Below the pieces are notes generated by a model. It ran no database searches and was not told the DNA's origin. It saw nothing but the letters and a program-made list of their open reading frames with translations. This document shows, piece by piece, positions 1 through 8,019 of a stretch of DNA of 64,000 nt. A program made the translations under genes and the position numbers. The first letter of the stretch is position 1. The number at the start of each line of letters is the position of its first letter. The stretch spans positions 11,904,001-11,968,000 of the forward strand of contig OZ281496.1 in NCBI GenBank assembly GCA_965637545.1, given 5' to 3'. The stretch is from Phallusia mammillata. Lineage: Eukaryota.

Positions 1-754
1 GAGTAGCGGACTACACTAAAACTTTGCATATATTGTTGTTTGTGCTGTACAATTTGATGCCTATGGCAAATTAGATAAATTGGCCCGATAGCAAATTATA
101 CTTTTTGTCTATTGTGGAAGTTGACAGCACTGTCTTTTATCCTTTGGTACCATGAAGAGGAAGCTGGCTTATTGCATTGTTCTGTACGCACCACAGAGTA
201 CACGAATTTTATCCAGCAATATGAAACTTCCATCCATTCGCCTTTAATCAAACAAGAGGTATTTTCCTCAATCGACTTTTATGCAGATCCATGTGCATTT
301 AGTGACTGAATGCAGATGATCGTAAATGGGAGCCGACGTTGACGAGTTAACGATTGCCATAAAACAAAACCAAGGCATTGAGAAAATGATAACTTTCGTT
401 CCACCTATAAAGTGTATTTTCACAATCGAGACTTTGTAACAGTTGTGGACCGATTCTGACTTAAAAATCACTTGTTCAATTTAACACTAACTATAACTAT
501 TCATTGGACAATGAAGTTACGCAAAAAAGCGGAGATTCATTTGAAAACAGTGCTCGCGAGGAAATGTGGAAGCTTGTCTAGGACAGGGATGGCAAACCAC
601 TGACCCCCGGGTCAGGAAGTGACCCACCACATGAATTTTAGTGACCCACTAGTAGTTTTAAAAATGTATACTGATTACTATAGGTAGGATTACTAGACTT
701 CCAAGATTAAAAAGCAACACAACAGTTAAATTAAAGCCTCTTGTCAGATTGCCA

Positions 755-980
755 GAGCTGCAGCACCCCCTAGATATTTTTACTTAAAATTCCTACCACA
801 ATACTACAGATAATTTTTATTACATTTATTTTTGATTTATTAGCAATAATATATTTTAAGTATAATTTCCGCCTTGATCGGTATCATTTTCCTTTTATAA
901 AAAAAATATGACATAATTATGTTATCTATGGTGGAACTGCAGCTCCAGATTCGGAGGAGATAGTAGTGACCACCAAGCAT
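755..980 (+). repeat. Short copy of a dispersed hAT-derived non-autonomous repeat family (other copies 12519-13490, ~43385-43520, 52850-53722)
   Basis: Shares GAGCTGCAGCACCCCCTA.ATATTTT...CCTACCACAA...AAGTATAATTTCCGCCTTGATCGG...GGTGGAACTGCAGCTCCAGATTCG with the 12519 copy; GGAGATAGTAGTGACCACCAA recurs at ~13468. Confidence 0.7.
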
Positions 981-1067
981 ATCCTATTGTCGACAAAGAA
1001 AATCTAGTTACTAAAAAATAAAAATGTTTCTGCTAATGTTCATGATTACTTTGAAAACAGTCTAGAT

Positions 1068-1260
1068 CAGGGATTCCCAACCGGGGGTACTCGTACCCCT
1101 TGGGGGTACGAGATTGAACATCAAGGGGTAACAAGATCGTTGGGCGACACGGCAGCTTTTTAAACAGATTTTACAGTACAGTTTTATTTTGGTATTGTAA
1201 ACGAAGAATGCTCTGACGTGACAAAGGGGTACGACCAACAAAAAAGGTTGGGAACCCCTG
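1068..1260. mobile_element. hAT (Buster/Charlie-type) MITE
   Basis: TIRs CAGGGATTCCCAACC / GGTTGGGAACCCCTG; perfect 8-bp TSD GTCTAGAT at 1060-1067 and 1261-1268. Confidence 0.9.
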
Positions 1261-2381
1261 GTCTAGATGATGTTTTGACAAGTTAAATTATTATGATGAA
1301 AATCCTTTTTGCAATTTCCATGATTCTTTCAGAGCCAAAACGATTCTTTTCAACACTGAAAAGGATGCAAACTTTTCTAAGGAATACCATTGTTTCCAAA
1401 AGACAGGCGTAAATATGCAGTCTGTTATGAGGATATTTCGTCAAAAGAAAGTTTGGCAATGTATAGCAATGCTTATTCAATTTTGTGATGTTGTAGTTGG
1501 AATAGGTTGGCAATAACTTTTTGTTGTTGAGACTATTGAGTTGCATTTAGTAACCACAACAAAAGCGACACTGACACTTATGGAAATTGCATGTGTGCTG
1601 CAACAATTTGAACTTTCTATCATGACTGTTGTGTGCCAACATGCTGTGTCTTTATTACATGCTGCTTAACAGTTTTATTACCATTGTGAGTTTAGTTCCG
1701 ATATCCGGTAACTCTGTGTTTACCAACAGAGCGTCACAGGATGGATGACGTCATATAGAACAATGGTATTACAGCTTTACAATAAACGCCCATGTCCATA
1801 TTATACTTGTATTGAAGCAAAACGCTCGAAAGAAGCATACACGCGAGTAGTAGCAGAATTTAGAATCTAAAAACTTGTTAGGAAAAGTTTTTTTTTACTT
1901 TTCAATTTTGACGCTTTTTCTGAGAAAGTGAAAACAAGTGTAGACGCGTTATTCAACGTAAAACGTGAAACAAAAAAAATGTTACATTTTGCATTTTCCC
2001 AGGCTAAGTTAAACTTTATTAGCCCGGTGGATTCAAACCTGATGATGCCATACAACTTAGGAGATTCTCGTAGTGGTGATAGTTTACAAGCAGGGGAAGA
2101 TCCCTATTTAGAAGTGGAATTCATTATTTCGAGGGTTCGCGGTCTGTAAGCCAGAATGTGTATTTCAGAAAAACGAAAATTAAAATTGCGCATAACAATG
2201 ATCAAAAGACAGCATGTGACACCACAGACAAGATAAAAAACAACAACATTACAATTGTGCGCAAACAATTGCATTTTTGTTAGTTGTTATGCAATAAAGG
2301 CTATTGGAGACAGTCGATTCTCAATTTTACATTGATTTAAACTGATTCAAAGGCACCAACTGACGCCCAAAAAAATTATAA
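1207..2381 (+). repeat. 1.17-kb direct repeat, copy A (host DNA on the left of endogenous virus 1)
   Basis: Near-identical to 5561-6728, from AATGCTCTGACGTGAC to CCCAAAAAAATTATAA. I saw two differing spots: a short indel near 1926/6278 and CAAC versus AAAA in an A-run near 2240/6590. Confidence 0.95.
2002..2149 (+). other. Probable terminal coding exon of an unidentified host gene (duplicated at ~6348-6495)
   Basis: Pyrimidine tract and CAG acceptor (CATTTTCCCAG|GCT), then open AKLNFISPVDSNLMMPYNLGDSRSGDSLQAGEDPYLEVEFIISRVRGL*; protein family not recognised. Confidence 0.4.
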
Positions 2382-3677
2382 TATATAGTCCGCCATTTTG
2401 ACTATGTCCTCGTCGATTGGCCTCTCCTGCAACAATTCCACCATTACCTCTTTTGCCAACTCTATCATGATCTCGTTCGTTCTTGATCCCTTTATCTCTT
2501 TTTGAGACCCTGTCTCAGGATTTGCCGCATCCTCCGGCCACATTGCCTGAATGAACCTCCGTTTCATAGGCTGGAGATCGCCAAGACTTGCCAATTTGAT
2601 CATTGGGTTTTTCGTATTTGTTGTTATATACGCACATGTCGCCTTGTTGTCTTGGCGATCTCCATGGGTCTTCGCACTCCAGTTAGAGTGATACATAAAT
2701 TTAACTGCTGAGATGAGCGCGTCATTGTTGAAGAAACTTGACCCCGCATCATCTATCTTTAACACCTTATGTTTGTGGCGCAGCGCCATCTGCCCCACTC
2801 CCTGCGAGTCGTTGGTCAAGGTACTCGCATACTCCATGGGGAACAAGAACTGACCTAATAAGGTCTTGCCCTTGCCTGCTGCCCCATGGAGACAGAAGTG
2901 GGGTGCGAAACGGATCCCATCCTGCTCCTCGTTTCGCGCCTCTAGCGCTGCGCACACCAGAGCGATCTTCAGCTCGAACGTGTTAAGCTTCCCCTCGTTC
3001 CACTCTATATGTTTTGCCTGGTTGATGATGTCGTTAATGATCTTACATCCATCTTTTACAGACCATTCCTCGTATTTCTTTTTATTGACTCGCCGGAACG
3101 CCTTCTTCATCTTCCGGTTCGCCTTCCCGAAGCTCACGGTGTTATATGCTCTTTTTGCGAGCGTTTCCGGGAAGGCGAAGTCCTTCTCAAAGAGGCGTTC
3201 CTTGAAGGCATTGCAGCTCGGCTTGGTATCAAACGAGTTTGCTACCTCCTCGGCGATCTTCTGCCAACGGGACTGGTTTCCATATTTGTTTCGCTCGTTC
3301 CCTATTTTTTCTATTAGCTCTGGTGGGATTATAGCTGTCTTTTTGTACATATAACGAATGTACGCATTCATATCCTTGACAGGGGCGATATACAGAACGT
3401 TTATGCCCATGCTTGTCAGGATCCGGGTCACACTTTTCTTGGTTAGCGGCGTTGGCCTGCCACTGCCAGTCTGATTGACACCGATGTATAGCCCATGTCG
3501 GTGGCCCTGGTTGGACTGGCCCCGCTCTGAATTCCCCAGGTAAATTACGCCACTGGGTATTTGGTGGATCCCCTCTACCTCCGACTCTGTTGTAAAGGCC
3601 CACTTTCGCGCGCGATAGTTTGCGTCTTCTTCTTGCGGTAGATTCATCCTTGTATACTTCGAATAGCTCTTGTTCAA
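2376..3677 (-). CDS. rep: Replication initiator: HUH endonuclease plus SF3 helicase (first ATG at 3647)
   Basis: RCR motif I RKWAFT, motif II GHRHG, motif III YIRYMYK; Walker A HGAAGKGKT, Walker B VLKIDD, motif C YITTN, Arg finger PMKRRF; the stop codon lies in the duplicated host flank. Confidence 0.9.
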   Translation of the reverse strand: MNKSYSKYTRMNLPQEEDANYRARKWAFTTESEVEGIHQIPSGVIYLGNSERGQSNQGHRHGLYIGVNQTGSGRPTPLTKKSVTRILTSMGINVLYIAPVKDMNAYIRYMYKKTAIIPPELIEKIGNERNKYGNQSRWQKIAEEVANSFDTKPSCNAFKERLFEKDFAFPETLAKRAYNTVSFGKANRKMKKAFRRVNKKKYEEWSVKDGCKIINDIINQAKHIEWNEGKLNTFELKIALVCAALEARNEEQDGIRFAPHFCLHGAAGKGKTLLGQFLFPMEYASTLTNDSQGVGQMALRHKHKVLKIDDAGSSFFNNDALISAVKFMYHSNWSAKTHGDRQDNKATCAYITTNTKNPMIKLASLGDLQPMKRRFIQAMWPEDAANPETGSQKEIKGSRTNEIMIELAKEVMVELLQERPIDEDIVKMADYIL

Positions 3678-3789
3678 GTAACTTTAACGTAGCGTTATTT
3701 TCAGCAACAGTTTTGTTGATATCAGATTTATAAAAGTTCTTAGCTATACTTTGCACTGTAGACGAAGCAGGTAATTGTTCACTGTACAT
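3229..3789 (-). CDS. 186-aa ORF overlapping the 5' part of rep in another frame (NS2-like arrangement)
   Basis: ATG at 3789 (MYSEQLP...); a counterpart with the same frame offset and similar length is in element 2 (46570-47136). Confidence 0.6.
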   Translation of the reverse strand: MYSEQLPASSTVQSIAKNFYKSDINKTVAENNATLKLLEQELFEVYKDESTARRRRKLSRAKVGLYNRVGGRGDPPNTQWRNLPGEFRAGPVQPGPPTWAIHRCQSDWQWQANAANQEKCDPDPDKHGHKRSVYRPCQGYECVHSLYVQKDSYNPTRANRKNRERAKQIWKPVPLAEDRRGGSKLV

Positions 3790-3835
3790 ATTGTAATGAT
3801 AATAAACACAACGAAACACAACATATATACACTTT

Positions 3836-3891
3836 CGTTGGTACCGGTACCACATCATCGGTACTGATTTTAAGTGGTACCGGTACTAACG
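3836..3891. promoter_or_regulatory. Intergenic stem-loop between capsid stop and ORF3/rep; candidate replication origin
   Basis: Arms CGTTGGTACCGGTACCAC (3836-3853) and GTGGTACCGGTACTAACG (3874-3891): 18 bp with one G-T pair, 20-nt loop; no canonical NANTATTAC. Confidence 0.55.
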
Positions 3892-5361
3892 TGGATTGCA
3901 CAATATAACTTTTGCTGACATGGTGTATGGTATTGTGATATAATTGTCGGTCTTTGTTGCGTATACTTCAGCTCCTGCCGACTCTTGGCTGTACGCCACT
4001 GCACACAGATCCTTTTTGATTGATTCCTCGTATATGTGCATCTGAGTATGCATTAGTTTCCCCGATGGTGGTTTCCCTTGTGTGACATCATACCACGGTG
4101 TTTCATCCATTGTGGATGCCGTGTCATTTGTTGATGTAGAACTTGCAATGCATGTAGTATGCGTGTCCCTTTGGAGGAACTTAATTTTTATCACCGTGTG
4201 GTCATCACCCAGCTGGTATCTTGTCATGTTCGGAAACGATTGAAGCGGAAACTCTGTACTGTCAGTATCGAACACGAGAGTTGACACTTGTCCAAAGTCG
4301 AATTTGTTGTCGTACACCATGCTATCAGTGTCCCAAGCCACGTCCATGTACACCATTGGTAATGTCCTGCCACTATCTTCCTGCCTGTTGAGGCATGCTG
4401 CTGGCCACAGTACAATGTTCCAGTCGGCACACTTAAACATCTCGTACTGCGACCCCATTCCCGTTGCTATTATTTCATTTAGACTGTTGTATGACGTCAG
4501 TCCTTGAGGTCCAAAGACTTTCCATCTTCTTGATGCTACTGATCCTCTGTCCCTGCCTAGGCATAGCTGCCTTGATATGACGTCACTGTGGACTATTGAT
4601 TGGTTTGCTATCGCCGGGTAAGCAACGCCTTCAGCCGTCGTCGTAGACTGCCAGTTGTACCACGGTGCCCAGTTTGTCTGCGGTGCTCCCTTGTAAAACC
4701 AGATGAATCCCTTGGTAACCATGGTGTAGGTACATGTAGGACTAGTTGGGTGCATTCTGGGTATGGCCATGGTACGGGTTCCAGACCTTCCCCCGCCTGA
4801 GTTCCCCGCGACACTTTGTCCAAGCCTTGCTTGTTTGGCAGGAGGGTCTCCTCCTCCTCCTTCATCGTCATACATACTGTCCCCATCATTGAGTTCCATG
4901 TCATCTAATTGACTTGTCGGTGGTGACGTTGCTGAAAAACCTCTTTTCCTCATAGCTCCGTCTGCTGGTATGTTGGTGGAGGTGTTTGGTTCTCCTGCAG
5001 CAGCCTTCTTAAGTTGTCTGTTGCGATTGATCTTCTTAAGCCTTGCCCAATCCTTTTTTTGATTGGGCATCTGAGGTAATACCGCCTTTTTAAGTAAAAA
5101 TATATTGCGCACAGTTGCAGCAGCAGGGCCAGTATGATGAGAAATATCTCGCAGTAAATCGTCGTCTGCAGTATTGTATTGCCAGTATGCACTGTTTCCA
5201 AGCTTCCCGTATTGTTTGTCGTGTTCTCTACACTTTGCATCTAGTTCAGATGTTACTTCTTCCCCTATGCTATTCCCAGGCCCACAATGTGGATGTCCAG
5301 GTATTGTAATACCACCAGTTGCGACCTTCTTAGTCGAGCGCAGCGGCATAATGATCAACAT
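3886..5361 (-). CDS. Capsid protein, 491 aa, with N-terminal parvovirus-type phospholipase A2
   Basis: Ca-loop IPGHPHCGPGN, catalytic DAKCREHDKQY and YNTADDDL; basic patch KKDWARLKKINRNRQLKK; Gly-rich linker and PPAKQARL; beta-rich C-terminal ~300 aa with QYEMFKCADWNIVLWP. Confidence 0.9.
   Translation of the reverse strand: MLIIMPLRSTKKVATGGITIPGHPHCGPGNSIGEEVTSELDAKCREHDKQYGKLGNSAYWQYNTADDDLLRDISHHTGPAAATVRNIFLLKKAVLPQMPNQKKDWARLKKINRNRQLKKAAAGEPNTSTNIPADGAMRKRGFSATSPPTSQLDDMELNDGDSMYDDEGGGGDPPAKQARLGQSVAGNSGGGRSGTRTMAIPRMHPTSPTCTYTMVTKGFIWFYKGAPQTNWAPWYNWQSTTTAEGVAYPAIANQSIVHSDVISRQLCLGRDRGSVASRRWKVFGPQGLTSYNSLNEIIATGMGSQYEMFKCADWNIVLWPAACLNRQEDSGRTLPMVYMDVAWDTDSMVYDNKFDFGQVSTLVFDTDSTEFPLQSFPNMTRYQLGDDHTVIKIKFLQRDTHTTCIASSTSTNDTASTMDETPWYDVTQGKPPSGKLMHTQMHIYEESIKKDLCAVAYSQESAGAEVYATKTDNYITIPYTMSAKVILCNPR
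4950..5240 (-). CDS. 96-aa single-pass membrane protein overprinted (+1 frame) on the PLA2 region
   Basis: TM segment EIFLIILALLLQLCAIYFYL, basic KRRYY..KKR, PPPTY, C-terminus QTEL; same-length homologue at 45243-45533. Confidence 0.75.
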   Translation of the reverse strand: MQSVENTTNNTGSLETVHTGNTILQTTIYCEIFLIILALLLQLCAIYFYLKRRYYLRCPIKKRIGQGLRRSIATDNLRRLLQENQTPPPTYQQTEL

Positions 5362-5370
5362 ATTAATTTT

Positions 5371-5530
5371 ACTTACCTTATATACTTCCTCTTTCTCCTT
5401 TCTCCTATTCTCCTAGTACCAGTACCACTTCTGTGGTACTACTGCTATGTGGTACTGCTTATAACACCCTCTATGTGGTACTGGTACTTCAATATTCTAT
5501 TATATCCATTAACCCATTGATCTAATAGGT
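5371..5530. promoter_or_regulatory. Capsid-upstream region: TATA/donor-like GTATATAAGGTAAGT, reiterated AGTACCAC motifs and inverted repeats
   Basis: Inverted repeat AGTACCAGTACCAC (5415-5428) / GTGGTACTGGTACT (5475-5488); small hairpin AGTACCAC-TTCT-GTGGTACT (5421-5440). Confidence 0.55.
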
Positions 5531-5560
5531 ACCATTATTTGGTACTGTGACGTCAGAATA

Positions 5561-6728
5561 AATGCTCTGACGTGACAAAGGGGTACGACCAACAAAAAAG
5601 GTTGGGAACCCCTGGTCTAGATGATGTTTTGACAAGTTAAATTATTATGATGAAAATCCTTTTTGCAATTTCCATGATTCTTTCAGAGCCAAAACGATTC
5701 TTTTCAACACTGAAAAGGATGCAAACTTTTCTAAGGAATACCATTGTTTCCAAAAGACAGGCGTAAATATGCAGTCTGTTATGAGGATATTTCGTCAAAA
5801 GAAAGTTTGGCAATGTATAGCAATGCTTATTCAATTTTGTGATGTTGTAGTTGGAATAGGTTGGCAATAACTTTTTGTTGTTGAGACTATTGAGTTGCAT
5901 TTAGTAACCACAACAAAAGCGACACTGACACTTATGGAAATTGCATGTGTGCTGCAACAATTTGAACTTTCTATCATGACTGTTGTGTGCCAACATGCTG
6001 TGTCTTTATTACATGCTGCTTAACAGTTTTATTACCATTGTGAGTTTAGTTCCGATATCCGGTAACTCTGTGTTTACCAACAGAGCGTCACAGGATGGAT
6101 GACGTCATATAGAACAATGGTATTACAGCTTTACAATAAACGCCCATGTCCATATTATACTTGTATTGAAGCAAAACGCTCGAAAGAAGCATACACGCGA
6201 GTAGTAGCAGAATTTAGAATCTAAAAACTTGTTAGGAAAAGTTTTTTTTTACTTTTCAATTTTGACGCTTTTTCTGAGAAAAAATGTAGACGCGTTATTC
6301 AACGTAAAACGTGAAACAAAAAAAATGTTACATTTTGCATTTTCCCAGGCTAAGTTAAACTTTATTAGCCCGGTGGATTCAAACCTGATGATGCCATACA
6401 ACTTAGGAGATTCTCGTAGTGGTGATAGTTTACAAGCAGGGGAAGATCCCTATTTAGAAGTGGAATTCATTATTTCGAGGGTTCGCGGTCTGTAAGCCAG
6501 AATGTGTATTTCAGAAAAACGAAAATTAAAATTGCGCATAACAATGATCAAAAGACAGCATGTGACACCACAGACAAGATAAAAAAAAAAAAACATTACA
6601 ATTGTGCGCAAACAATTGCATTTTTGTTAGTTGTTATGCAATAAAGGCTATTGGAGACAGTCGATTCTCAATTTTACATTGATTTAAACTGATTCAAAGG
6701 CACCAACTGACGCCCAAAAAAATTATAA
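5561..6728 (+). repeat. 1.17-kb direct repeat, copy B (includes only the right end of the 1068-1260 MITE)
   Basis: Near-identical to 1207-2381. Confidence 0.95.
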
Positions 6729-7009
6729 GAAGTACTTCGACCTTTCCGCGGTCCCTCAAAATTGCCTCACGGACCCCCAAAAGACTACGGACCCCAGTTT
6801 GAGAACCGCTGATCTAGAGGTTGGCAATTAGTTTAGTAAGAGGCTTGTGTTGGATGGAAGAAGCAGAGTTGTAAGTCGGGCAGGACTTTTCGGGTTTGGG
6901 CCTGGTCCGGGTTAAGTTTTTTCAACAAACGGGCTTGATTCGGGCCTGACTTTATTTGTTAAAGATAGGAGATTTAAATAAGTTTACCATACGAAACAAA
7001 AAGTTACGC

Positions 7010-7250
7010 CACGGTTGTTGTGTTCTGACTACGTGGTGCGTGCCACGGTTTTCGTGTTCTGACTTCGGTGCGTGCCATGGTTTTTGTGTTCTGATTTATG
7101 GGTATGCTACCGTTTTCGTATTTTGACTTGGGGGTGTGCTACGGCTGATGTGTTCTGACTTTGGTGCGTACCCTGGGTAATGTGTTTGAGATAGTTAGGA
7201 TTAGAGACTAGTATAATGTGTTTGAGATAGTTAGGATTAGAGACTAGTAT
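7010..7250. repeat. Degenerate ~30-bp tandem repeats, then a 36-bp tandem duplication
   Basis: Units like GGTTTTCGTGTTCTGACTTCGGTGCGTGCCAC x~5; TAATGTGTTTGAGATAGTTAGGATTAGAGACTAGTA x2. Confidence 0.75.
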
Positions 7251-7281
7251 CAAATCTATTTGCAAAGTGTTTGCTCTAACT

Positions 7282-7599
7282 CAGGGGTCGGCAACCACTG
7301 GCACGCGTGCCAAGGTTGGCACGCTAAGTCGTTTTTCATGGCACGCCGAACGATTTGCGTGTTTATATTGAAGTAGCAATTTAACCTGTTACACTGCTTG
7401 TTTATAGTTTGTATATGGCCAGTTTGTATCATGCCAAATTCAGTCTTACATGAACAAAACACTCTGCTTTTTCTTTATTATTGATATCTGCTGGCACGAA
7501 TCACTATCATTTAGAAAAAAACGTTGGCACGCGAGGGCATTGAGGCATGGAAACAACAAGTAAATTGGCACGCGTCGCCTAAAAGGTTGCCGACCCCTG
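7282..7599. mobile_element. hAT MITE
   Basis: Perfect 15-bp TIRs CAGGGGTCGGCAACC / GGTTGCCGACCCCTG; degenerate TSD CTCTAACT / GTCTAAAT. Confidence 0.85.
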
Positions 7600-8019
7600 G
7601 TCTAAATGGTGAAGAATTTGGTTGGAAATGGAACAGTGTAAGACAGGGTTGCACAATATTTGCGCTACGACGGCCATATCGCAGATTCCTATTTCACCAA
7701 CGGCTGGCATTCACCTGCTCGGTTTTGTTTTAAAATCACTGATGTCAAAAAATTGGTTTATATCATATATATACCATCTAATGTAGCCAAAACGCCCCTA
7801 ACTTAATGCACATAATAAGATGCACCGTGTGAAGATCAGTCTTAACCGTTTATTACCCCAGAATCTACATTGTTGCGCTTGTGGTATCTGTTTTTCGCAT
7901 TGTTAGCACACAATAAGCATACAAACAGTCTGATGTATATGCCTACTAAGCTGGTAATACTCTTTTTCAGTACCACAACTCGGTATTGCTGCCAGGCATA
8001 ATATCAAGTTTGTAGAGTT

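Larger units (their letters stand above)
2382..5560 (-). mobile_element. Endogenous ssDNA virus element 1 (CRESS-like Rep plus PLA2-bearing capsid), 3179 bp
   Basis: Intronless, gene-dense, more GC-rich segment bounded exactly by the two copies of the host direct repeat; carries Rep, capsid and two overlapping ORFs on one strand. Confidence 0.9.

Noticed and set aside
1283-1546. 87-aa minus-strand ORF seen twice (also 5637-5900)
   Set aside because: Repeated only because of the 1.17-kb duplication; no motif
2502-3354. Plus-strand ORFs antisense to rep (69-162 aa)
   Set aside because: Shadow ORFs of a GC-richer coding strand with no motifs or clear conservation
2376-3677. Calling Rep a canonical parvovirus NS1 or a Helitron Rep
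   Set aside because: Walker B is IDD with WAFT motif I and an RRF finger; SF3 rather than PIF1 helicase; NS1 affinity cannot be fully excluded without a tree
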